Program-made: the position numbers and the translations under genes | Assembly (NCBI GenBank): GCA_003693705.1 | Contig: RBZT01000711.1 | Location: 1-64,000, forward strand | Direction: 5' to 3' | Length of the DNA stretch: 64,000 nucleotides | DNA from: Polymyxa betae A26-41 | Lineage: Eukaryota; Protista; Endomyxa: Phytomyxea | The notes under the pieces: generated by a model | The model's database searches: none | What the model saw: only the letters and a program-made list of their open reading frames with translations | What the model was told of the DNA's origin: nothing | Shown: one piece after another, positions 49,240-62,469 of the stretch | How the letters are laid out: every line of letters begins with the position of its first letter | Numbering within the stretch: position 1 is the first letter of the stretch

Positions 49240-52200
49240 TCAGATGTCTCCAACTTTACAATCTTCTCATGTTTCTGAAGTCGTTGCTGACCCGGTCGAC
49301 ACCAAGCAGCTATTTCGATCGATTCGGTTCGTACATCACGATGACGCGTTGCGTAGTGTTCATTATATTTTTGGACATTGCAATACGATCATCGAGTCGT
49401 ACGGACTTTCTGCACCTTTTAATACACACCTAGATCTGCGTGTCAACAAATTGACGCCATTATTTCGGCCGTTTATCCTCATGTTCTGCATGATTTTTTA
49501 CGTATTCGGCTCAACCTGGATAAAATAGATTGTCGTTCAGATTTGCCCAAGTTTTTCAATTTTATGGTCGAGACTTTATATGACTTTTTAATCCTCTATC
49601 GGCGGTACCGACCCAACGTCATCCGGGTCAGTCACGACCTTTACGTTGCCTCCACTGTCAGGAGGCCCACCATGTTTTGGACTGTCCACGGTATTCACCC
49701 GAGGAGGCCAAGCGCCTCATCAGCTCGCAACCGCACGCAGGCAACTACGCCTTTCTTGGGTCCTAGCTCCTTCTCTGAGCGTGCAACACCGCAGACTCCT
49801 GCGATGTCGGCTACCGCTCAGCGGTCTTTCCCTTTCTCCCACGCCGGAGTCTTCTAAGGCACACTCTCGGGCACCTTCGCGAAATGACCCCCCTGCTTCT
49901 GTCCACGCTGGCTTTAAAACGGAATCACGTGCGTTTCGCGTTTCCACTGTTTCATCCCAGAACGTCGACGACGCGGATGATTTCTGGACACAACCTCACG
50001 TCACATCGTACGTGGAAGTCGTCTCTTCTGAACCTCTTGAGTCAGGTTCAACCACTGAAAATGATGCTACCCAACCAACAGTCAGGAGCGGCAAGAAACT
50101 AGGAGAGAATCGAACAGGAGACGCGGAACTAGGAGATCTCGGGGCCGTGAGATTCTAAGGAACGAGGACGATGGAACGATAGGGTTTCTTAGGAGCAGGC
50201 GGGAGTTAGAAGGTGTGATAGTTTATCAAGCAATATCAAGTCTGGAGCGCAGTCGGGCTGTGCAACCAACCCTGAAGCCAAGACGAAGTGCGTAGAATGT
50301 TCTTCGGAACCACATTCTCGGCACGGACATTCTGCAATACGCACATTCCTGACACCAACTCAAGTCAACAAAGTCAGCTCTGGCCACAACGTTTCCTACC
50401 GATCTTTGGATTCTTTTACGCGTTTACATTCTGTTCAATTGAATGTTTGTGAAAAATCTTTTGCTTTTTCGGCCGCTCTAGATGACGGTGCTAACATTAC
50501 ACTTAGGGGTTCGAATATCTGGGAAGGTCTTGAATCTAATGGAATTTCTTCTAAACCCGTTAATATGAAATTCAACTTAGCGGATGGCTCTTCGTCTATC
50601 GCCAGTAAGGCTATTTATGTAGATTTACATCTGCAGACTTCCGCTGGTCCTGTCATTGCCAGTAATCAGGAGGTCTTTATTGCTGATATCGCTATTACGG
50701 ACATTTTGCTGGGTCGTCCACTCCTATTTTCTTTAGGTATTGATGTGGAGCGACAGTTGTTCGACCTTGCCGTCAACTCTGATGTCCCTATTCCTGCTGA
50801 ATCTCATTTGGATGATAGTGATTTCGAACATTTTCCTTTTGGTGATCTCGATCATTCCGCAGTTGTTGAGGCGTTACAGGAGGCCCTATCAGCCGCTGCG
50901 TCCCACGCTCCTGCTTCGTTCGTCCACGAACTCAAGAAACTACTATTTGATTTTGTGGACATCTTCCGGGTCCAATTAGGTCCTGACCCTCCAGTTGACA
51001 TAGAGCCTGCACTTCTTCAATTGTTACCGGACTCTAAGCCTACGTTGTGTAAGCCACGTTCAATTCCTCCCCTTTACTCTGAATTTTTATCCCAGCAGTT
51101 TGGTTACGGTTTCTTAACCCTAACTCTCGCTGGGCCTCCCCCGCTTTTTGCGTTCCTAAGCCTGGTCCGAACCGCTCCTTACGTTCGGTTTGTGATTTGC
51201 GCGTTCCGAACTCTATGATGCGCCGCCTCTCCTACCCGATGCCACACCTACTGTCGCTCGGCGAGTATCTTTCGGAGTCCGCAGTGTTCTTCATACTCGA
51301 TGCGTTCAAGGGCTTCTGGCAGATTCTAATTGCTGGAGATGTTGAAAGTCAATCTATGTCAACCCCGATCGGCATTTTTTCTCCTACCAGATTACCACAG
51401 GGAAATTTAAATTCTGTATTTATTTTTCAAAATGCTATGGACACTATTTTTCGATCAGATTTGTCGCCTCGCGAGTTTTTGATCTGGATTGATGACCTAC
51501 TGGGTCACGCCCAGGACTCCGAATCTCTGCTTCGTACACTTCGTCCTGTTTTCGGGCTATGTCGGAAGTTTCGACTGAAACTGAATGCGGCTCAATGTAA
51601 TTTTTTTCTACTCGAAGCTAAATGGTGCGGGAAGATGTATTTTCGTGGTGGCTGTAACCATGACCCTGCTCGTACTGCAGCTTTACGTTCCATGGCGCGG
51701 CCTCGCACTGCTGGCGATTTGATGCAGTTTGTCTGCGCATGTACGTGGCTGAGTCCGCACATTCCTGATTTTGCTCGACTTATTAACCCGTTGCGCACTT
51801 TGCTTGACAGTTTACTTAAGCAGAGCAAGGATCGCTCGAAAGCTTCTGCCCGTCGCAGCAGTATTGCTGAAGGGCTCTGGACTCAGTCTGTCTCACAATC
51901 TTTTCAGCATATGCTCTCTGCGTTAGATCATTGCGTTTCCCTTTCTCACCCACGTAGCGATCTGGAACGCTGTGTTTTCCATGATTCTTCTGGGGATTTT
52001 TGTTCGGTTATCATCACTCAGGTATCTCTGTCGGAGCTTTCGAAACCTATTTCGGATCAGTTCCACGAGCCACTGGCGTTCTATAGCAAGCCTTTCATTG
52101 GCGCCTCTTTACGCTGGTCTGTTCCGGAAAAGGAGGCTTACTGTATTATCGAAGCCATTGATCGTTTTGACTATCTTTTGCTGTGCTATCGACCTTTCCG

Positions 52201-54214
52201 CATTTTTACAGATCATCGGAATTTAACTTTTATTTTTGATCCTGAATCTTCTTCTCTTCATCTTAAACGACATTCTATTGATAAGCTTCATCGTTGGAGT
52301 CCACGATTAAGTAGTTTGAACTACGTTATCGAACATATCCCGGGTCATCTTAGCGTCTGGGTCGACATGTGAACTCGGTGGGCCGCGCCACGCTCCAATT
52401 CTTCCGTTGTCCGGCGTGTTGTAATTCCTCATGGGATTGCGCAGCCCGTCCAGTCTCCGGACTTTTGTTTTCCCGCACCTGAACATATTATAAGCGCTCA
52501 GCAAGCTGAGTCCCCGGACTCCGCAGGTTTCAGCCATGGCCCTTTGCGTTCTATATTGAACGATTCTGGAGTAGTTTTCGCCACCGATTCCGGTGTCATT
52601 TGGATACCTGACGGTGCTTCTGACCTGCAGCTTCGCCTTATGATCATCGCGCATTGCGGAGTCAGCGGACATCGAGGGACAGTGGCTACCTACGATGCCT
52701 TCTTCCCGTTTCTTTTGTCCAGTATGCGCGCTGATCTTGACGTTTATTTTGAAACAGTAGCTTCACTGTCTTCCGGACCGTGGTGGCGATACCGTTCCTC
52801 GACCTTTCGGAGCTATTATTGAACCTCGATTTCGAAATGAAATTATGATTTCGATTATCTTTATTTGCAACCTGCCCGTGACGGTAACGCATATCTTCTT
52901 GTTATCCGCGATCCTTTGTCAGGTTTCTGCGACCTTTTCCCTACATCTCCCACCGCTCGGCATACGGCGGAATGCCTCCTCGACTGGTTCTCCAGCTTCG
53001 GTATTGCGTCAACTTGGGTCAGCGATCGCGGTACACGCTTCCTAAATCAGACTTTTGCGGAACTCTCTTCTATTTTAGGTTCACAACATTACGTTCATAT
53101 TGCGAACTGCCCCTGGGCTCATGGCGCTATCGAGAACCTTAACCGACGAATTTTGTCAGTTTTTCGTTCATTATGCTCTGAGTTTCGCATTGAATTTAAA
53201 GATTGGCCGTTTTGTATTTCTTTGGTTCGGTTCGCTTTAAACAATTCTATTTCGCCAAACACGAAATACGCTCCGGTTGAATTAATGACTGGCCTTCCAC
53301 CCAGCTCTGCTCTAGACACTGTCTGGCATCCTTTAAAATCTGAATTTGTTACCGCTCCATTGCCGCAAAGCAAGCTGGATAGTATGCTGTTTGACCTGAA
53401 GACTTCTTTAGCTGAGTTGCATCGGCATACTCTTGATGTGCGCAACGCTGCGCACCTTCGCGCAAATCGCCGACGCCGCGCCCCGCTTGCGAACTTCACT
53501 GTTGGTGATTTTGTACTATATTCTTCTCATGTCTCGAAGCCGAAACTTTCCTTTTCTTGGCGAGGTCCTGCTCGCGTCGTTGAGTGTCGTTCCGAGCATA
53601 TCTACTTAATTGAGAATCTTATCACCCACGAAGTTTTCGAATGCCATGCACAACGTTTACAATTTTATTCTGACTCTTCTTTGAATGTGACCCAGAGTCT
53701 TCGTGACCAGAATGCATTTGACGATACTGGCTATGAAGTCGAAACCATCTTAGACGCCAAGAAGGACAAGCGTATTTGGAAGCTCTTAATCCGCTGGCGT
53801 GGCCTCTCAGAAGAATATGATTCTTGGGAGACTTTTGCATCTTTAAGACGCGATATTCTAGTTTACCTCAAGCAGTTACTTTAATCCTCTGCGCTTCCTG
53901 AGGCTCCCGAGCTCCTCGGACTTCTTTCTCGCGAGAGGGAGATGTGACGCACTTTTCTTCCAAACTCTTGCGCCAGAACTGCGCTTCTGTATTGGTATGA
54001 AAAATTTTCTTTCTTTCTTCACTTTCCTGATCCTAAACTATCGGTCCTTCCCCTAATGCGTCGTCCCGATCCTGAATCTACAGTGCCGTGACGGCCTTTT
54101 CTTTGAATACACAGTCTTCGTGTTTTCCTCCAATTGTTCTTGTCTCGAGTCGCTCGTGGTGCCTTTTGGCGGTTTGAGTCTGTCTTGTTGGACGATTCTT
54201 CTAAAGTTGTCACA
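49240..54214 (+). mobile_element. Gypsy-B chromodomain-bearing retrotransposon; 5' LTR missing
   Basis: Protease ALDDGA; RT LPQG..WIDD; RNase H; integrase AHC..GHRG, WVSDRG, GAIE; chromodomain YEVETIL..LIRWRGL..DSWE; PPT GAGAGGGAGA. Confidence 0.93.
53943..54214 (+). repeat. Gypsy-B 3' LTR
   Basis: Follows the PPT; TGTGAC..GTCACA inverted termini; no partner LTR in the window. Confidence 0.8.
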
Positions 54215-54222
54215 GGGTATAA

Positions 54223-54494
54223 TGTCATGAATGCGCGACCCCCAATAGTGCAGCTCAACTGCGACGGACGTGCAGCTTCCAGTTTCAGTCACAGTGTCAG
54301 AATAAACGACTGCAACTTGTTTGGTCGAGCTGAGGTTAGCTCAGTTCGATCAACACCGGTTTTGGACTAATACTTGCTTCGTTCTCGTATTCTTCGCTCT
54401 CGACTCTCGTTTTAGATATATTAACTTCTGTTTATTCTCGTTCCGATCCCAATTATCCATATTCCCCCCTCTCGCCTCTAGTTAGTCCATTACA
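54223..54494 (+). repeat. Gypsy-A 3' LTR
   Basis: Direct repeat of 38581-38850, followed by TTAAT. Confidence 0.96.
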
Positions 54495-54660
54495 TTAATC
54501 TTGCCGTAGTATTCATCGGTATCCTGGTCGGTGCCGACAGCTGCGTCTGATGTTGCTTTTTGTAAGCTTGAGTGACTGCCAAGTCTTCTTTAATAGAAAC
54601 GTTCCTCACTCCTAGTTGTTTGCCCTTACGACGGACAATGCTGTCTCTAACGCTGATTGC
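54495..54660 (-). pseudogene. Harbinger Myb/SANT-like gene, 5' part
   Basis: EDLAVTQAY..SDAAVGTDQ..YYGKI joins to 38575 once Gypsy-A is removed. Confidence 0.75.
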
Positions 54661-54842
54661 ATATATCCATTGTAACAGAGCTATCAAACCGATAATCAAA
54701 TTTAATACGCAGTTTAATGATAAATTAAATGTAATGCTTGCGAAAGTGTTTGATGTTGCCCTGTGGAAGCTGAATTCATTATCTTTATCATTATTTAAAT
54801 GATAATTATAAAGATAAAGTGCGCCCGGTGCCCATGCCCTAA

Positions 54843-55031
54843 TGGATGATGTTTGATGAATGTTAAAAGACATGACGAACATAATTAGATGAACGCTGAT
54901 GATTCAGGGTCTAGGTACAAAAACCCTAAAAACCTAAACGAAATAAATAATTTTTCAAGGACAAGCGAGATTTTGAGGAGGGGAGTGTAGAAAGTTGGTA
55001 TAGTTCATCAAAAGATATCAAGAAAACTACA
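54843..55031 (+). mobile_element. Gypsy-C 3' UTR, PPT and start of 3' LTR
   Basis: GATGA-rich sequence like 36300-36426; PPT GAGGAGGGGAG at 54975-54985 followed by TGTAG; LTR end uncertain. Confidence 0.6.
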
Positions 55032-58000
55032 AGATTTTCAAGCTACGACCAGGCTGCCCTAAGAACTTCGTCCCAGACTCCTTACGGACTCCGCGACGGC
55101 ATTTGGGCCCTGGAGCCTTTTGGGGAACTGAATACAGACATTGTTGATTTTACCTTCATTCTTATGGATCTGATCGTAGAATCGAGAGGATTGCTCCACT
55201 AGCTATCGAATCAATAGCAAACAATTCGTTACACAAACATCTTTGCAGGAAAATTCTTCAAAGAACATGCAGAGAAACACGAACTTCTGAAGAAATCTTC
55301 AGAATTCAAACGCGCCTGAAAAATGAAATGCTCAATAAGGCGGCATTGGAAATAATGATACTGAAAAAACAGCATTGTCTTTTGACCGAACAGGAATTCC
55401 TTGAGCAAGCGAAACTGCTTAACTGACCGGCGACTTTATAGTCAAATACAAACTCTGCTGGTCTCAATCATCATCATCAACTTCGCCGTCCCAGGCGCCT
55501 CCTTCGAGAGCACCTAAATCAATTAGTTGCAGATTATTTCGGCAGCGATGTTGACAATTCGTCAGAATGCAGCAGCAGCGCATTATGACATCAAATTTTC
55601 GTCAGCGCATAGGAAAGGAAGACTGAAGAATTCGCTATTTCATTTTCAGCCCACCGATACCCCATTCAACCTGAATGCGCTTGCCGGCGCGACGCTCGTT
55701 GAAAGCGTTAAGTACAAAACAAACTACATCAACTTCTTCTCTTTGATCAACGCGACGCATGATAAACATGTCAGCGCCGATATAGCCTGCTGAACAAACA
55801 AGTCAAAATGCTGGCAGCTCAGACTGTTCATTAGCTTACGGTCACCGAGAACATATTCGAAATAGTTTTCCTCATCAACTCATTCAACTGTGAAATAATT
55901 TCTCCAATTGCGATAAAGGTCTGATTGTTTGAGGATAGTGACGTCGTGATACGATCCTGCATTTCACTAGGCCATCATGATCAACAACTATCGTATTGTT
56001 GAAGCCGTAAATCTTCTTTCGTCTATTATAATATCTCCTCGACAGGTGCTCGCTATCGTCAGCACGCCGATGGATCTTTACCAGAGTGCCATCAATGAAT
56101 CCGATGGCGCCGTAAAAGAAAGGCTCTCTCTGAGCAAGATGCGGACGTTTTTCTTCGTTTGACCATTCTGTTTCATGGGCTAAATTTTGATTGATCAGTC
56201 TGGCGATAAAGAAGCAATCATCGCACGCTGAAGATCTCGAAAAGTTCCATCGGGTTGCTTCATCGCGGCAGGTTTGTTTCTGTCATGGTCGCTTACTGAA
56301 TTTGGTTCCAGGCAATAAGCTAGGCGGTTACCTTTCGCAGGAACAAAACTGTGGCTAAAAGCCTTTGTTCAGCAGTCAATTTTGGAGGCCGACTTCGCTT
56401 GATATGCGGCTCCCCAGGAAAGCGAAACGTTCTGGCGATAACAGGACATACGACAGTAGACAGCTCCTGATGAGTTTATTAAGTTTTAATTCACAATAAA
56501 AACACGCTGTCTCGTACTCTCCATTCCTCCAAAGTAAGGCCTGACTGATTGTAGAAGATAGAAACAGGACCCAAAACGATCAGTTCTAAGAAATAGTAAA
56601 CAAGAACCGGGCATCGACACTGGATTGTCCATCAGGATGTTCGGGAAGGTTGTCGTCATTCAGATCCTGTAGCTCCAATGCCAAAGCGCATGCCTGGGCA
56701 TTCATGTTGTGCGACGCCACGAAGAATGACAGGAACTGCACTAAGGCTGCTTGGTCCTCATCCTCAACGAGTTCTTGGAAATCGAGATCCAGAGCGTCCC
56801 CAGCCATGGCAAGGTACCAAGATTGCAGCAGAATCGCCGGAGGGCGCCTCCGTATCGTTGGAGCAGTCCTTCGAATTTTTTACAGTATGTTTTCATTGTA
56901 CGGACTTTACGGATGTTCGGGGGTTTCAACGTATCATTGGAAAAAATGCGTGAAATATCATACGTTAGCTTTACGGACGCTTATAATGTAACATTACAGT
57001 TTCAGCAGAACAGCATATACAATAACATCATTGGACGCAACAGAGAGAGCAATACAGCAATTTGGAAATTTACCCATCTGTTACAATTTGACACAATCCG
57101 ACTCAGAAAACCCCATTTAATCAACGGATTAAATCTCAAATGCGCTCTATTGCCCACATGATATTGAAATCGCTTGAATCGCTTCCAGAATTGTCTCAAA
57201 CCAAATTGAGACCCATTATTTTCTCATACAATAAGTCAGTAATCATTCTAAATGAAAATCTTACTGTAGATTTCGCCTCTTCTACCACCATGCAATCAGA
57301 GCGAATTCGATCAATCTTCGCTAGATCATCAAGGGTTTGCTTCTCAGCAGCTTCCAGGCTCTCAACGTAATGTTTGTCCATGCCGGATGTCGAACTACAA
57401 AGATCTTTGTGTAAGCTCCAACCTTTTGATAGAAATAGTTAATGCTTTATATATCAGATCTTAGAGCCTTTAAATATTCAACTCGGAGATCGAAATTCAT
57501 CAGGCGCCAAAAAGTTCATGTTGTTGAGTCGCGCTACGCCGGTCCACACAAGAATGCATATGTAACATAGACCTAGTTATATCTAACCTGAGTTTCCGTT
57601 TTGATCTCTGCAAGACTTTCGATGTCACCCTGGCGGCCTGATCTGTCTGTATCTGGGTCTTTTGATGCCTTGCCACTGTGGTTGAAGAGCTATATATAGC
57701 AACGAGTCTGACTCTGTGACGGGTAGCGAAAACGTTTTTTATCCATAAAATTCATCAAACTGTTTATAGTTGAAGAGAACCCAAGCTAGCATAGAAAGAA
57801 CATTCATCCAAAGAAGAGAAATGCTTCTTCAACCGCTCCTCCGCTTCATCCTCTGATAAAAAGGGATCTTGCCCACATTTTGGGAACGCATTCGCTTTTG
57901 TTCGGCGCTTAATATGCTCTGCATTGTAAGCTGCGAAAACATTTTCAATAAATGAAGTTAGCTCTTCACGGGTAACCGTGAATTTGGCACCAACAGGAAC

Positions 58001-59098
58001 AGATCTAATTCGCGTCCAACGGAGGTCATCATACTCCCGTCGGATTTGTTCTTTGAGGCAGCGGTTTAGAGCAACGTCACCTACCTAATCCAATTTAGTT
58101 AGGCGATACATTCAAAACTCCTCGTTGCCATACCTTCATTGCTGATGTCACACCCTCAGAAATGAATCGAACGAGGATTTTGCCCTTTGATTTTGCGTTG
58201 TGTTCAGAAATCCTATCCTCGATGTCAGGTCCATAATGTGCGGCGGCTCTATCCCATATCAATCCTATAGCCATGTTAACAGCATATCATGTGATTTGGT
58301 TCAATCATTACCAAGCGTACGATCAGGGAACAGAATTGTCAGCCAATGCAGAAAAATGCTATTTTTTTTGTCATCCAGTGCGACTCCGATAAGACCACAA
58401 CGCTCTTGCTATAATGCGCCCATTGCCTCATCAGAGTTGCTCCAAATTTCGCCGTTCCGATAATGAAAGATGGGAGCAACGAAGATGTGGTCAGGTCGGC
58501 TGCCACAGCAAGGGTGATCCCCGATTTGGGATCATGAGGCCGGGCTGGTCCTGCCACACGTTTTGACCCCTGAGGAACCAAGACGGTCTCACAGGATTCA
58601 TGAAAGCGAATGAATGTTTCGTCCATTGATGTGGTCTACGTCAGCATCCCTGAAGTCCTTCCTGATTGCTGCTGATTTGCTATTGCGATCTCTCTCCAGG
58701 TTTAAGTACAACCTGAGATACTGTCTCTTTTCGGTTGGCCCAACGGTTTCTTTCCAACACCCTTTGAAACCAGTTGTTAAACCTAGGTGGCATGCAGTGT
58801 AAGTTCGAAAAGTAGTGATGTCGAGAATTCACTACAGCTTTCTGCTCTTCACCAGTTTCTGAAATCCTTCATGACGACAACCGGTCAATCGGATTCTATT
58901 CACTGTGATCGGAATACCTCGATCGTATTCCGTTTGATAAGCTCCAGCAAAAAATGTTCTTGTTCAGGATAACCTGTCGGTTTTCCAAGCTTTTTTCCTT
59001 CTTTTGCCAGCCTTTGCGTTTTTTGATTAACGTATTTAACACATTCTATTTGCTTCGCCAGACTCGCCATTTTCTGCACGCTCATCGCTCGTTCATCA

Positions 59099-61681
59099 TT
59101 TTTCGTCAAAACTGCTTGTACAGATGCATTCCCATTTCGTTTCCGGCATATATATAACCAAAACCTTTTCTGGAAATTTGTTAGACCCATCAATCGTTTG
59201 AGGGCTTCTGATTTTTCTCTTAGGAAAAATACTTCAGCATAGTGAGAATACTGGTCGAGTACGATCATGGCGTACAGCTCGCCGTCAAATGCGGGAGATT
59301 GGCGCAAAGGTCCGCAAAGGTCCGTGGATACTCATCCCAGTGTCTCGGTCGCTTTCGCACTCTTTGAGTGCGTTCGAAAGGGGTTCGAGTTCCTTTTCCG
59401 TGAATACAGGACTCGCAACGGAAATTATTCCGATTAGTTACTTTCATACCGTTGGCCATTTGTTTTCGCCAGAGAAGTTTTAGGCGATCTCTACTAATGT
59501 GGCCAAGGCGAGCATGCCAGAGTGCTTCGGAAGCAGAATTTGCGGTCATGCAAATTTTGTTTATTTGTTGCGATTTTATGTTGGATACAGTACCAGTCAA
59601 ATAGTACAGTTCATTCCCTTCGTTCGCCGACAGCAGCTATGAGTTTATGCTCGACTGCTGTATAGAGTAGTACGCGATCATATTGCAACATGCAGACTAT
59701 GCCGCTGTCCGCAACTGCCCTTAACGAAAAATAATTTCCGGAAAGCTGGGGAATATAATTCACGTTTCGTAGGTTCAGAATGACTGAATCACGTTTTGAT
59801 GGAGACCGTTCCAGTTCCTTCTACTGAATTTTCAGAATTATCAGCCATTTGAACTCGACGGCTACGGTCGGAGTATGGAGTAAAATTGACAAATAAATTT
59901 TTGTCTCCTATAGCGTGGCTTGTGCATCAGCTATCAACTAAAAATTCTACATAAAGGAGATAAGCATCAAATTTGTCAAGTTTACTTTGAATTTCTTGAT
60001 CGATCAGGGAACCGATTGTTCCTTTCTTTGAAGGTTGTTGGTCGGTTCGCTCAGTCTTTTTTGACTCCTCATATTTGCGCTTCCTGCAATCTTCTCGGAC
60101 ATGGTTTTTCTTTTTGCAATAAGTGCAAAAGATTGTCCCGGAAGTTTTGCTAGCTGAGGGTGTAGACTTGGCTGGTTTGTGTTGCGCACTTGGAAGGAGG
60201 CTACGCTCGAGTTTGAGATCATGTTTGATCTCAGACCAAGTCATTCGTCGTCGCAGGATCTCCTTTTTAGATGTATCGTCCGGGAATTTCCGGGCGATAC
60301 GGAGTCCGAGGCGCCGATATTCAACCCGGTCGTGATCGCCAATGTCAATCAGCTCGGATCGAATTCGATCCACAGCTGTGATGAATCTGTCGACGTGGGC
60401 TAGGTTCGAGGGAAATTTCAGGTTGTCCATCTCCTCGTTGAGCTGCATTATAGTGGCCTCGCGGAGGTCACTTTGTGCAGCGCCGTACTCCTCCTCGAGG
60501 GTATCAAAAAGGCAGCGGTGTCATGATGACGAGCCGCCGGCAGGAGAAAACCGTCAAGCTGGTTGCGCACGTAGCCGAGGGCTGCGCGGTCCGCGACGTG
60601 GAAAGCGGAGTCGCTGCCCGGAGGGCAACGGCAGAGGCCGCTCGAATCAGATGCTGGGCAGCGCTTATGTCCGAAGACAAAAGCGCTCAATTTGGTGCAC
60701 GCCAGGTTGCTCGTCAACCGGTCTTTCCAGATCACGAAGTTGCTCACGCCTTGCAGAAGCTGGTTCTGCTGGAGCGGCGGAGGGCATCGGATCTGGTGCC
60801 AGTTGGGAGTCGGCGTCATCGTGGCGGGCTACGCCGTGGGCTCGGTCACTGGAGCTGCGGGCTCCGGGATCTCCGAGCTGACGGCGATAATAGCCGGGGG
60901 TTGCGCCTCGGAAGAAGTGCGCTCCGTGGTGGGGGCTGCGCCCGTCGTGGACGTGGGCAGGGTGACAGGGGCCGGCTCTGCGGATTGGGCTGTTGTGACC
61001 GTCACATCGGGCGTGGCCTCCTGCACGTGAAGTTGCGCGAGTTGGCCTAGCGAATGGTTGATGCCATTCAGTGTGGCCATGAGCATCGGTAGCCAGGACG
61101 GTCGTTCGGATGTGGGTCCGGCTGAGTCCGTGGAGGAAGAGGCTTCCGTGCTGTGGAGTTGGTCGCGCTGTACTACAGGTACCGTTGGTGTGGAGAAGAG
61201 CCGCAGAGGCATGACGTAGCCAGTGCCTCCTGGAGTTGAACGGAACGCTGGAGTCCCGTCGATCGGGTTCTGCCTCGGTACTGGTGGGGCTGCTTGATTG
61301 GGAGAGGCAGCTGCTTTGCTTTGCAGAGGTGTTAGCGTTGAGGAGGCCCATAACCTGTTGGAAGTCGTGCGGATAGTAGGAATTCTAATAAAGCAGATGT
61401 AGTCGATATATCGGGAAATGAATTGTGTCCATTTATTTCCATTTATTCACGACGGAAGGTCTGATCGGGACCAAAAAGGGCAGTCTTGACCTGAAAGGGA
61501 AGTCTTGACTCGTCGGACTGCGGGATCGATCCTGAGTCACCTTCTGATCAAACACTAAAACCCTAATTTTCATTCCAACATTTTTCGTCAAAACTGCTTG
61601 TACACATGCATTCCAATTTCGTTTCCGGCATATATATAACCAAAACCTTTTCTGGAAATTTGTTAGACCCATCAATCGTTT
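59099..61681. repeat. 101-bp direct duplication (59099-59199 and 61581-61681) flanking Copia-D
   Basis: Identical except for 2 substitutions. Confidence 0.92.
59200..61580 (-). mobile_element. Copia-D: single 5' LTR, gag, protease and partial integrase
   Basis: LTR 61356-61580 TGTTGGAA..TTCCAACA; PBS GGTTATGGGCC (half tRNA-iMet type); CTYCKKKNHVREDC; LVDS; LWHARLGH..CESC. Confidence 0.92.
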
Positions 61682-62469
61682 CGTACACGTATCGATGCCT
61701 TTCAGGAAGGGATTGTACGGCATCTTGCATTGTTAACTTTTCGATCTCAGATATCCACTTCGACTGCTGATGTGGCTTGAGCCATCCTCTAAGAGTTTCT
61801 GTAAACTTTGATTTAGTACATACCATTTCGCCTGATCGTTTTGTTCACATTACCGATGCAAATTTGAAAAGACCTGCTAATTAGCTCACGGTCGTGGTTT
61901 CCTAGCTTTGGATGAAGAAGAAAGAAAATAATTTTGGCTCGTTCGCTCCACGCCAGCTGTTTGCGCTTATTTGCTGAAATCGCAGAGAGTTTTACCGGTG
62001 CTTTTCTTGTCGTAACGCTTCCTTCAGACTTTCGCAAACAATGGACACCTGTGATTTCAAGTTAAGCGTTTGTCTGTTATTCCGATAATCAGTTTACCAG
62101 CTGGGCGATTACGCTTCGCGCGATTCTCAGAGCCAGTTCCGAATGCTGCATGATAAGGCGCTGTCGTTGTCGTCGTTTTACGATCTCAAAATCTGTCTGC
62201 AATCTCTTCAACAATCCCGGATCGGGTTTATAGACGTTCATCCAAGCCAGTATAGGCTGCTTATCTTTTTTGGAAATCCTTTGTTGTTTGTTGTTCGCAC
62301 GGCTTGGTTTTTTCCTCGCATGCATTTTCCTTATTTTCTGAAGCCGTACTGAGTTTGAGTTCAGCTTGCCGCTCGTCGGAGGGCACATCAGCGATGATGG
62401 CATTCAAATGCTCTTGACGTTGCGAGACCATAAGATTGCCATTTCGCAAAATATGTACTGCTTGAACAG

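Larger units (their letters stand above)
38581..54494 (+). mobile_element. Ty3/Gypsy LTR retrotransposon (Gypsy-A, Tf1/sushi-like) carrying several nested insertions
   Basis: LTRs 38581-38850 and 54223-54494 (about 7 substitutions plus a 2-bp indel); TTAAT TSD; gag CLYCGGEHLISHC; protease LIDSGA; RT YLDD; RNase H ETDAS; integrase HDS..GHFG. Confidence 0.95.
36430..54839 (+). mobile_element. Autonomous-type PIF/Harbinger element (H2) hosting Gypsy-A
   Basis: Imperfect TIRs of about 33 bp, GAGCAAGAGCACC.. / ..GGTGCCCATGCCC; TAA TSD at 36427-36429 and 54840-54842; convergent transposase and Myb-like genes. Confidence 0.85.

Noticed and set aside
55040-57430. Host gene or additional transposon
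   Set aside because: Fragmentary ORFs; 56586-56807 loosely resembles a Harbinger N-terminus, but no catalytic motifs or TIRs were found
60342-61050. Arg/Gly-rich plus-strand ORFs
   Set aside because: Antisense to the GC-rich Copia-D gag
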